Of a stretch of DNA of 45,892 bases, positions 1 through 7,647 are shown piece after piece. The notes under the pieces were generated by a model. It was not told the DNA's origin. It searched no databases and saw only the letters and a list, made by a program, of their open reading frames with translations. How positions within the stretch are numbered: the first letter of the stretch is position 1; every line of letters begins with the position of its first letter. This DNA is from an uncultured Candidatus Nitrosopelagicus sp. (GTDB taxonomy: Archaea > Thermoproteota > Nitrososphaeria > Nitrososphaerales > Nitrosopumilaceae). Location: NCBI GenBank assembly GCA_964497885.1, contig CAZCFF010000001.1, positions 1,824 to 47,715 of the forward strand. The letters are read 5' to 3'. Made by a program: the position numbers and the translations under genes.

Positions 1-1515
1 AGAAATATTCATTATTCCATTAGATATGAGCCATTGAATGCCTGAAACAAATGCAGAATCAGGAATCTCTCCGTTAGACCACCAACCAGCATTATTTTTT
101 ATCCATCCTGGAATTACATTATCAGAACCCTCTCCCTGTTCGGTGGGTGGTATATTCATAATATCATTAGATATGAGCCATTGAATGCCTGAAACAAATG
201 CATCGTCAGGAATCAATCCTTCCGACCACCAACCAGCATTATTTTTTATCCAAGTGGGAATAGAAATTTCAGGTTGTGTGTGTACGGGAGTAAGAGTTTC
301 TAAACTACCAGATCCTTTATCGCCACTTAATATATCGATATCAAAGAGTACATATCCAAATGTTGCAGAGTCTGGGACAATGTGTTCTGGTCCAGTTCCA
401 CGTACCAATAATGCAAATTTCTGCAGTCCTGGTTCACCCGTCATTAACCAATATCGCTGAACCTGTCCTGATGTAGAAAAGAACTTATCACGTCCTTCAT
501 CCGAAGCTGCAGAAGCAATTGGAACCAATTCCGAGTCCACTTTCAATATGTCATAATGGATTTGATTCTCCCATATTTCACTAGAATAACTCTTCTTAAA
601 TTCTAGAATAAACTCAAGGTCACATCCAATCTTGGGTGTTTCTGGACCATAAAATATTGTTACTTGCATTGTATTTGTATTCGTATTTTCATTTATTTTT
701 GTAAACTCATACTCAGTAGGGCAGTTTGCAGCAGCCTTTTGTTCCTCTGTATCTACCACATTTGCAAATGGGTTTACAGAAACATTTTCTTGATAATCAC
801 TTAACACAAATTTGTATTCTTGTGGTGGTATTCCTTCCGTTACTTGAACCCATGTACTAGCCTTTACAGGAAATGGAAATTCATCTACTACCCAAATATG
901 ACTTGTTATGCCACCAGTTTTCCATCCTATGACAACAGTGTCATATTCACCTGCTGGTGTGGTTATAGTCTGCAAACCAATTGGTGATACCTGCTCTCCC
1001 CCGATATTTGCAATCTTGCCCCAAGATGGTTTAGTAAATTCTTTTGGTCCTTTTCCTGCTAAATCAGTTTCCGCAGTAGCAAATGCAGAAAGCCATGCTA
1101 AAGTAGATTTGTATACCGAACGATATGAGGATATATTATCACTACCACCAGTTGGTTCAGGTGCAAGTTTACCAACATCCATATACCCTTTGATAACCTT
1201 ATTTCCATCTTCAACTAATACTTGTATTCGTAATTTTTCCTCATTATTTTCTACAACCTCCTTTTCTACCCACATTGTAAACCAGAAATCTGAACAATCT
1301 TTGTACTCGGCATGACATATTTCATACTTGAAATAATCATTTATTCCTAAATTTTCTCCCGGATACCAAGATCCTGCACGATCAACACCACCACTTGAAG
1401 CTGCTCCACTACCAGCCTGAGGTGCTGTAGAATCTTGAGCAAAAGTTGCTGGAAAGACAGTTCCTCCAATTAAAATCACTGAAAGAAAAAATATAGTGAT
1501 TTTTCCATAATGCAT
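1..1515 (-). CDS. Secreted/surface protein with tandem C-terminal thaumarchaeal IPxWIKNNAGWW repeats (3' end runs off the window)
   Basis: Not in ORF track; both ends translated by hand and in the same frame. ATG at 1515 gives MHYGKITIFFLSVILIGGTVFPATFAQ (signal peptide-like). The window edge reads ...AFVSGIQWLISNGIMNIS with two copies of the repeat. Confidence 0.85.
   Translation of the reverse strand, partial: MHYGKITIFFLSVILIGGTVFPATFAQDSTAPQAGSGAASSGGVDRAGSWYPGENLGINDYFKYEICHAEYKDCSDFWFTMWVEKEVVENNEEKLRIQVLVEDGNKVIKGYMDVGKLAPEPTGGSDNISSYRSVYKSTLAWLSAFATAETDLAGKGPKEFTKPSWGKIANIGGEQVSPIGLQTITTPAGEYDTVVIGWKTGGITSHIWVVDEFPFPVKASTWVQVTEGIPPQEYKFVLSDYQENVSVNPFANVVDTEEQKAAANCPTEYEFTKINENTNTNTMQVTIFYGPETPKIGCDLEFILEFKKSYSSEIWENQIHYDILKVDSELVPIASAASDEGRDKFFSTSGQVQRYWLMTGEPGLQKFALLVRGTGPEHIVPDSATFGYVLFDIDILSGDKGSGSLETLTPVHTQPEISIPTWIKNNAGWWSEGLIPDDAFVSGIQWLISNDIMNIPPTEQGEGSDNVIPGWIKNNAGWWSNGEIPDSAFVSGIQWLISNGIMNIS
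10..260 (-). repeat. Two in-frame ~105-bp direct repeats (approx. 10-115 and 157-260) encoding IPxWIKNNAGWWSxGxIPDxAFVSGIQWLISNxIM
   Basis: The blocks cattagatatgagccattgaatgcctgaaacaaatgca and gaccaccaaccagcattattttttatcca each occur twice. Confidence 0.9.
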
Positions 1516-1589
1516 GTACTCAATCGTTTAATTGGGTATTAAAAATTTTCAAATAAGCAAATATAGGGCTTAAGGATAAGTTTGTGTAT

Positions 1590-1769
1590 ATGTGTGAATG
1601 TTCAAAAATCCACTTTTATGAGGTTGAATTCAAATTGGATGGTATGGTCATAGTTCCCACACACAAAAACTGCGGTGATAAGCTGAATGAAAAACAGGCT
1701 GAGACATTTCAGGAGCAACTCGTAAAATCATGGGGATTCGAAGAGGAAGAAGAAGTAGAAGAAGATTAG
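1590..1769 (+). CDS. Small hypothetical protein with CxC/HxxC motifs and acidic tail
   Basis: MCECSKIHF...THKNCG...EEEEEVEED. ATG at 1590 preferred over GTG at 1584. Confidence 0.7.
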   Translation: MCECSKIHFYEVEFKLDGMVIVPTHKNCGDKLNEKQAETFQEQLVKSWGFEEEEEVEED

Positions 1770-1819
1770 TAAAAACTAGGTAATATTAAAAAATTTTTAG
1801 AAAAATAAAGGATGATGTT

Positions 1820-1963
1820 TTAAAGTTGAGAAACTGCTTCTTTACATACATCAGTATTACATTTGCAATCATGACTGCATATACAATGACCTTGCATTGC
1901 GCAATCACATGCATAATCTGGATCGCCGGAATCTGCTTCACAGCCACATGCTTGATCTGTCAT
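1820..1963 (-). CDS. Metallothionein-like Cys-rich small protein (47 aa)
   Basis: Hand translation MTDQACGCEADSGDPDYACDCAMQGHCICSHDCKCNTDVCKEAVSQL*: 9 Cys, four CxC motifs, 2 His. TATA-like TTTATAAA at 1995-2002. Not in ORF track. Confidence 0.75.
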   Translation of the reverse strand: MTDQACGCEADSGDPDYACDCAMQGHCICSHDCKCNTDVCKEAVSQL

Positions 1964-2036
1964 AGAATAGAGATCCTGAACATGTTTTTAAGACTTTATA
2001 AAAAAATCATACAACGTTATATTTCATCTGTAAAAT

Positions 2037-2918
2037 TTAGTTAGATTGTTGTACTAGTTTTATTATCGAGTCGATGGTTTCATGTAACTTATTGACTTGT
2101 GTTTCTATATTATTAGCATCAAGTTCCAAATCAAATGCGGTTTTCAAAATATGAATGAAATCAGGTTTCTTCTGAATATCCTGAATTTTGAAAAAGTTGT
2201 TTCTGTTGATATAGCCCAGATAAAAATAGCAATCAGAGAATAATGAATTGTTTATCATATAATCATATTTTTTAGAGATAAGCGTGGAATGCTGATTTTT
2301 TTCTACCATATCGGAAAAACCAATAGTGGACTTACACATTCTTGAAAGAAGTGATGGGGTTGCGCGTTCTATACCAATTGATTCAGTCAAAATTGATATA
2401 AATTCATTAATTTTATTTTTTTTAAGATCACGTAATTGTTTTAACATATGAGTAGGGGCAGGTTGCAGAAGACCAATTCCACATATTGCATCAGCAATGA
2501 AATATGATGATGAGTTAAGCCAACATCCTGCATACGGATCTGTATTCAATCCATTTTTGGCTTTAGTTAGGCATACTTGTGATTCCACCAAACAATTTTT
2601 TACATATGCGTTGAACAATTGCTTTTTCTTTTCTTTAATTTTTGACAACAAAGTCTGTAATTCCCATTGTTCATCAAATAAGATCACCATGTTATCATAT
2701 AATATCAAAATATCAGGTTGGGTTTCTTTTAATGAACCATGATGAATGTGGAAAAAATATCCGTCTGATTCAAGAATAGAATCATTTTGATTTTTTTCAT
2801 CAAATATGGTAATATCATATTCACAACAATCATATCTAAAATCATGATTATAACATCCACCGATTCCTATGGGGAATTCCTTTGTGAAAAGTTTCTCTAT
2901 TATATTTTTGATTTCCAA
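2037..2918 (-). CDS. Hypothetical protein, possible Pol-beta-type nucleotidyltransferase-like N-terminus
   Basis: 293-aa ORF. IGIGGC...CEYDITIFD resembles the hG[GS]..DxD pattern and is followed by a helical C-terminal region. Confidence 0.6.
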   Translation of the reverse strand: MEIKNIIEKLFTKEFPIGIGGCYNHDFRYDCCEYDITIFDEKNQNDSILESDGYFFHIHHGSLKETQPDILILYDNMVILFDEQWELQTLLSKIKEKKKQLFNAYVKNCLVESQVCLTKAKNGLNTDPYAGCWLNSSSYFIADAICGIGLLQPAPTHMLKQLRDLKKNKINEFISILTESIGIERATPSLLSRMCKSTIGFSDMVEKNQHSTLISKKYDYMINNSLFSDCYFYLGYINRNNFFKIQDIQKKPDFIHILKTAFDLELDANNIETQVNKLHETIDSIIKLVQQSN

Positions 2919-3103
2919 GTAAAAATTATAGAATTAGATTTTGTATAAAGTTTCAAACTTGGAATTATTAACTAATGATGTAAATGGCAAACCTTAGAAA
3001 AATTATTAATCAGTCTAAAATATAATTATATTTTTATAATAAATCTATTTTGTTTGGCACTATAACCATTCGTTTAAATTGTGATTAATTCTCGTTTTAC
3101 CAA

Positions 3104-3179
3104 GCTCCTGTGGTGTAGTCCGGCCAAGCATACTGCCCTCTCAAGGCAGTGATCCCGGGTTCAAATCCCGGCGGGAGCA
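3104..3179 (+). tRNA. tRNA-Glu (anticodon CTC)
   Basis: Acceptor stem GCTCCTG/CGGGAGC, anticodon arm CTGCC-CT-CTC-AA-GGCAG, T arm with GGTTCAAATCC. No intron and no encoded CCA. Confidence 0.96.
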
Positions 3180-3229
3180 TTTGATTTTATCATTGACCTG
3201 CTTAAATAATTCAAAAACATTCTAACCAT

Positions 3230-3889
3230 ATGACACTTCGTGATTTAGCATTAAAGCATGAATATAGATCAGATAAAGATGATTTATTAGCGGAGTTTTT
3301 TGTTCCATGTTTAACTAATAGCATCCAATATGATCGAGCGATTGAATTTATCTCAATAAAAAGTCTCAGTACATTAGCTTTTGGATTAGCCGCCATGACA
3401 AAAAAACATGCAAAGATTAGGCTAATTTCAGGTCATAGATTTAGTACCTCTGATTTGGAGATGTTAAAAAAGATCTATCAGAATGGGTATAGTCATAAAT
3501 TTAATGGTAATATGATTCGAGATAGCAAAATGTCTCATCTGCAAAAAGTGATTAAAGATTATAAAATTCAAATCAAAGTTGCAATTCCAAACTCAGAGTT
3601 GGTTGATGGCTCCTTTGAAGAAAGGATAGGCATATTTAGAGATGAAAATGATGATGCCGTTGCATTTACTGGTACTTCTAATGTTACATTTGACGCACAA
3701 AATAGAAATTTTGAATCCATTGATGTTTTTACATCATGGGATGACAAAAGCCGAATAGATACCAAAATTGAAAATTTTGAAAAACTTTGGAATAATGAAA
3801 CACAATATGTTCAAATGTATGATCTAATGTTTGCAGAAAAAAATAATCTTTTGAAATATACAACAGAATGGGCAGTGGACAAATATTAA
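3230..3889 (+). CDS. Stand-alone PLD-like domain related to the N-terminus of PLD-SF2 helicase fusions, degenerate HKD motif
   Basis: YRSDKDDLLAEFFVPCL...YDRA and FEERIGIFRDENDDAVAFTGTSN...NFESIDVF match the family pattern HxKxGIFxD..GSxN..NxE. No helicase domain. Confidence 0.7.
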   Translation: MTLRDLALKHEYRSDKDDLLAEFFVPCLTNSIQYDRAIEFISIKSLSTLAFGLAAMTKKHAKIRLISGHRFSTSDLEMLKKIYQNGYSHKFNGNMIRDSKMSHLQKVIKDYKIQIKVAIPNSELVDGSFEERIGIFRDENDDAVAFTGTSNVTFDAQNRNFESIDVFTSWDDKSRIDTKIENFEKLWNNETQYVQMYDLMFAEKNNLLKYTTEWAVDKY

Positions 3890-4462
3890 CTAAAAATCAA
3901 AGTCATTCATGTTTATTTTTTCAATATTTTGCTGAAAGTTAATTCTTGAAATTTTATAATAGATTATTTCTCCACGGCGTTCAATAACTGCGATTATAGG
4001 TTCTTTACCCATACTTGTAATCTCCTGAATCTTTTTTTGTAATTTTCCTATCTTCTCTTGTTTTCCCTCATTTAGACCAAAAACTAAAAACTTGGCATTT
4101 TTTTCTCCAAAATCTCCTTTATTGTAAACTCTAAAATCAGATCCAAAACCAAACCCATCTTTGACAGTATAACCCCTTGTCCTGAGATCGCGATAAATCA
4201 AAAAATTAGTTAGTATATTCTCATCTAGATCTCTATAGATTTCTAAAAGAAAGTCAAAATTCAAATTCTTTTTTCCTTTCAAAATTACGAGTCTGCCAGT
4301 ATGTAAAAGATAAAGTGATTCAAATGGTTTTAAAATCAATTTGTTTTCTTCCATTTCACCATACCCCTTTAACTGTAAATCATGCTGAACTTCTGGATCC
4401 AAAATCAGAGTTTGATTTTTTAAGAAGACACCCTGTATTTTTGAGTCGTTTTCAAATGTCAT
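3890..4462 (-). CDS. endA: tRNA-splicing endonuclease family protein, probably the structural (non-catalytic) subunit
   Basis: YRDLRTRGYTVKDGFGFGSDFRVY motif. The position of the catalytic His reads KNAK. Confidence 0.8.
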   Translation of the reverse strand: MTFENDSKIQGVFLKNQTLILDPEVQHDLQLKGYGEMEENKLILKPFESLYLLHTGRLVILKGKKNLNFDFLLEIYRDLDENILTNFLIYRDLRTRGYTVKDGFGFGSDFRVYNKGDFGEKNAKFLVFGLNEGKQEKIGKLQKKIQEITSMGKEPIIAVIERRGEIIYYKISRINFQQNIEKINMNDFDF

Positions 4463-4541
4463 CAAAAATTTTGTTATAACTGGGCATATAAGATGTATGA
4501 AGACTACCGTTAAAATATGGGCATAAATGCAACAAAGAATT

Positions 4542-5033
4542 ATGCATGGTGAATGTTATAGAAGAGGTAATGGACAACCGTACACCAGAAAGGAGTACAT
4601 TAAAGGTAAACCTCAAATCAAAATAGCTAAATTTCATGGTGGACAGCAAGGAAAATATGATTTTTGTGTTCAACTGATGATGAATGAGAAACTTCAGATC
4701 AGACATATGGCTATAGAATCAACTAGACTAGCAGCAAATAAGACACTTGAAAAAACAGTAGGTGAAACAGGCTATTTTTCAAGACTAAGGATTTATCCTC
4801 ACGTTCTCCTTCGAGAAAATAAAATGATTGCAGCTGCTGGTGCTGATAGATTGCAAGAAGGAATGCGAAGGGCATTTGGAAAAGCAGTTAGTTTAGCAGC
4901 ACGTGTCAAAGCGGGTCAATGCATAATGGAAATGCATGTTAAGAAAGAACATGTTGATGCAGCAACAAAGGCATTAAAAGCTGCATCTGTAAAATTACCT
5001 GGAACACCATTAATTAATGTGGTTAAACTCTAA
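4542..5033 (+). CDS. rpl10e: 50S ribosomal protein uL16 (L10e)
   Basis: RIYPHVLLRENKM..AGADRLQEGMRRAFGK signature. Start moved to the ATG at 4542. Confidence 0.96.
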   Translation: MHGECYRRGNGQPYTRKEYIKGKPQIKIAKFHGGQQGKYDFCVQLMMNEKLQIRHMAIESTRLAANKTLEKTVGETGYFSRLRIYPHVLLRENKMIAAAGADRLQEGMRRAFGKAVSLAARVKAGQCIMEMHVKKEHVDAATKALKAASVKLPGTPLINVVKL

Positions 5034-5035
5034 GA

Positions 5036-5305
5036 TCAGAATTCTAAACCCAAGAATTCTTTTTCATGTTGTTTTAATATTTGAATGAATTCAGAAAATT
5101 CATCTGCAGTTGGATCTCTTTTTACAATTCTTCTATATTGATAATAAAATGAATTGTAGAGTCTTCCGAATATTATCCCATATCTGAATGAATTTTTATC
5201 ATATGATAATAATTCCAATGAATTTGTGATAGAGTTAATTTCATTCTGCTTATCAAATATCTCAAAAATTTTTTCCTCCAAAACTTTTTGGACTTTTTTA
5301 TCCAT
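5036..5305 (-). CDS. Hypothetical protein
   Basis: 89-aa ORF filling the gap between rpl10e and tRNA-Gly (GRLYNSFYYQ..R..KRDPT..EF). Confidence 0.7.
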   Translation of the reverse strand: MDKKVQKVLEEKIFEIFDKQNEINSITNSLELLSYDKNSFRYGIIFGRLYNSFYYQYRRIVKRDPTADEFSEFIQILKQHEKEFLGLEF

Positions 5306-5387
5306 GCTAAATATACAGGTAATATAGTTAAAAAGAATCCGTATTAATCATTACGCTTTAATAGACATTAACAAAATTATCGATTAA

Positions 5388-5461
5388 GCAGTTGTAGTAT
5401 AGCTTGGTTATTATGCGAGCTTGCCAAGTTCGTGGCCCGGGTTCAAATCCCGGCAACTGCA
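5388..5461 (+). tRNA. tRNA-Gly (anticodon GCC)
   Basis: Acceptor stem GCAGTTG/CAACTGC, anticodon arm CGAGC-TT-GCC-AA-GTTCG, T arm GGTTCAAATCC. Confidence 0.96.
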
Positions 5462-5469
5462 TTATTTTA

Positions 5470-5913
5470 TTATTTCAAATTTTGGTGGTTTGTTTGCAAA
5501 CCATTTTTTATTATATCTAAGGCATTTACAGCTCTTTCTGGTTTGGGTAATTGAACCATGAAGACTTTATCTTGGTTTACTTGAGAATGATCTGGAGGAG
5601 ATAATGCAAACATTGTGGTATCTGCTAATGCCTCAAAAAAATTAAGTGTATCATTGGCATAAATCAGAAATTTGTTATGTATATCTCCATGAGAAAAATC
5701 TAATGTTATTTCAACAAACACGTGGCCTAATCCATCCTGTAATATGTTAAGATTAGTATCAACCGAGATTGGCTTACCTTGTATTTTTATCATCATATTG
5801 TCAAATTGTCTATCAGATAAAATAATTCTTGGAACATTTTTTCCGTCAAAATCAAAAATGTCTATATCCTTATGTACACGTTCTAACATTTGTTCTAATT
5901 CCTTACTGGTCAT
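5470..5913 (-). CDS. Hypothetical protein
   Basis: 147-aa ORF with normal globular composition, immediately downstream of the antiporter. Confidence 0.75.
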   Translation of the reverse strand: MTSKELEQMLERVHKDIDIFDFDGKNVPRIILSDRQFDNMMIKIQGKPISVDTNLNILQDGLGHVFVEITLDFSHGDIHNKFLIYANDTLNFFEALADTTMFALSPPDHSQVNQDKVFMVQLPKPERAVNALDIIKNGLQTNHQNLK

Positions 5914-5919
5914 GTTCTA

Positions 5920-7239
5920 TCATTTAGAAAGTTTCAGAATGACTTTGTCGCCAGCACGAATTATGAAGGGGGATATGAACGCCGTAATGATAGATATCAA
6001 ACCTATCAATGGGAACAAAAAGGCGCTAACTATGCCTAAATCCACGCCTACTTTCACAATTACAATTGAAAATTCTCCACGTGGTGCAGATAATGCAAAT
6101 GCAGAACGTAGTGATTTATTTCTTGGCTGTTTGAATAGCATATTTCCAAAAATATTACCACCCAACTTCATACCTGTAGCAACTGCAATTAGAGCAAATG
6201 CAATGAAAATATAATTTTCTAATTGAGTGATATCCATCAATGCACCAACAGAAACAAAGAAGATGGCGACAAACATATCTTTGATTGGGCTTGATAGGAT
6301 TTTTGATACTTCAGCAGATTTTGATTCTGCAATTAAAACCCCAGCCAAAAATGCCCCAATTGCAACGGACAGTCCTACCACATTTGCTAAAAGTGCATAA
6401 CCAAAACAAACACCAAGAACACTAAGCAGTAAAATTTCTCTGTTTTCTGCAGTTGCAACCTTATCGATTAATGGAGGAATTACTCGTATTCCAACAGTAA
6501 ATGTTCCAATAATTAGACCTGCTGCTACGACAGCTACCAAAATGACATTTTCAATCGACACTGATCCAACTAGACCAATTGATTCAAGGGATGCAATGAG
6601 GATTACTGCAATCACATCTTCAACAATTAAAACTCCTAAAACCAGTATAGATGATTCTTTTTTTATTTTGCCAGCATCTTGGAGTATTTTGATAATTATT
6701 GCTGTACTGCTGATTGATAATGCTGCAGATATGAATAATGAATCCATGAAGTTTAGACCAAGAGCAGATGCCGCAAGAAAAACTACACCTAATGTAGCAA
6801 AAAGTCCCAATGTACCCGCACCCATTGCAACTCTTCCGATTGACCGAATCTTTGCAAATGGAAATTCTATGCCAATTACAAAAAGTAGTAAAATTACACC
6901 GATATCAGCAAATAGATTCATTGCTGATAGATCTGCTAATATTCCACCTCCACTAATTGTACTCGGTCCAACATTTTCAGGCAAAAATGATGTCCATAAT
7001 GGGGATAATGGACCTATCAACATTCCGGCAAATAAATATCCAATAATCAAGGGCTGTTTAATTTTGAAAAATGCTAGTGTTACCACCGCGGCTAGAATCA
7101 TTATAATGGCTAGATCTGTCACAAAGGTTTCGTGTGGCAGTTGTAAAGGATTAATTCTGTCTACAAAATTAGTAACATTTTCACTCAAAGAAGACTGAAC
7201 AGTATCGTTTGATTGCACCTGTAAAAAAAAATTTTCCAC
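5920..7239 (-). CDS. Cation:proton antiporter (CPA2/Kef-type)
   Basis: Many TM segments. GYLFAG, GVILLLFVIGIE, SSTAI, EDV, GAFLAG and PRGEFS motifs. Confidence 0.92.
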   Translation of the reverse strand: MENFFLQVQSNDTVQSSLSENVTNFVDRINPLQLPHETFVTDLAIIMILAAVVTLAFFKIKQPLIIGYLFAGMLIGPLSPLWTSFLPENVGPSTISGGGILADLSAMNLFADIGVILLLFVIGIEFPFAKIRSIGRVAMGAGTLGLFATLGVVFLAASALGLNFMDSLFISAALSISSTAIIIKILQDAGKIKKESSILVLGVLIVEDVIAVILIASLESIGLVGSVSIENVILVAVVAAGLIIGTFTVGIRVIPPLIDKVATAENREILLLSVLGVCFGYALLANVVGLSVAIGAFLAGVLIAESKSAEVSKILSSPIKDMFVAIFFVSVGALMDITQLENYIFIAFALIAVATGMKLGGNIFGNMLFKQPRNKSLRSAFALSAPRGEFSIVIVKVGVDLGIVSAFLFPLIGLISIITAFISPFIIRAGDKVILKLSK

Positions 7240-7355
7240 CCATTATTTACTCATATTTATTTAAAAATGATTTGATGTATTGTATTGGTAATTTAGCCAC
7301 AATTAGTCATGATAAATTTTACATAAATTTATTTTTGAAATAATCTATGATAAAA

Positions 7356-7415
7356 TGGGATGATGATCAGAGTAACTGATATCATGAAGAAATAAGCTCT
7401 GGGGTATCTGACCAA
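7356..7415 (+). ncRNA. Candidate box C/D sRNA
   Basis: C box ATGATGA 7360-7366, D' CTGA 7376-7379, C' ATGAAGA 7384-7390, D CTGA 7408-7411, short TGG/CCA terminal stem. Intergenic, with an AT-rich TATA-like tract upstream. Confidence 0.65.
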
Positions 7416-7475
7416 TTAAATGAGTAATTTCACAATTACCCGCTCTATTAATAGTACCGTACCATACCGTAATAC

Positions 7476-7583
7476 ATGATACAATGTGAATATTGTTCAA
7501 GAGGATTTGTGGATACGATGAATGGTTTAGCTGAAAAAACATTTCATGAAGCACTACATGCTCCAAAAATAGTCAATCAGTAA
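7476..7583 (+). CDS. 35-aa C2H2-like zinc-finger microprotein
   Basis: Hand translation MIQCEYCSRGFVDTMNGLAEKTFHEALHAPKIVNQ* (CxxC-x3-F...HxxxH). Not in ORF track. Confidence 0.65.
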   Translation: MIQCEYCSRGFVDTMNGLAEKTFHEALHAPKIVNQ

Positions 7584-7647
7584 AATCCAATTCTTCTATT
7601 TTTTTTTAGCGAGCTTTTTAACAATACTAAAAGATCAATATTAGTAT

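Noticed and set aside
185-1315. Plus-strand ORFs 185-460 and 908-1315
   Set aside because: Antisense shadows of the long minus-strand secreted protein.
1826-2044. 72-aa plus-strand ORF
   Set aside because: Shadow of the Cys-rich minus-strand ORF, which has a more coherent motif pattern and an ATG start.
3154-5454. 19-bp direct repeat CCCGGGTTCAAATCCCGGC (3154-3172 and 5436-5454) as att sites of an integrated element
   Set aside because: Both copies are T arms of complete tRNAs. The interval holds core genes (endA, rpl10e) and no integrase.
3104-5461. tRNA introns or split tRNAs near endA
   Set aside because: Both tRNAs fold at normal length with no insertion or bulge-helix-bulge motif.
7345-7566. 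73-aa minus-strand ORF
   Set aside because: No recognisable motif. It is antisense to the better-supported C/D sRNA and zinc-finger ORF.
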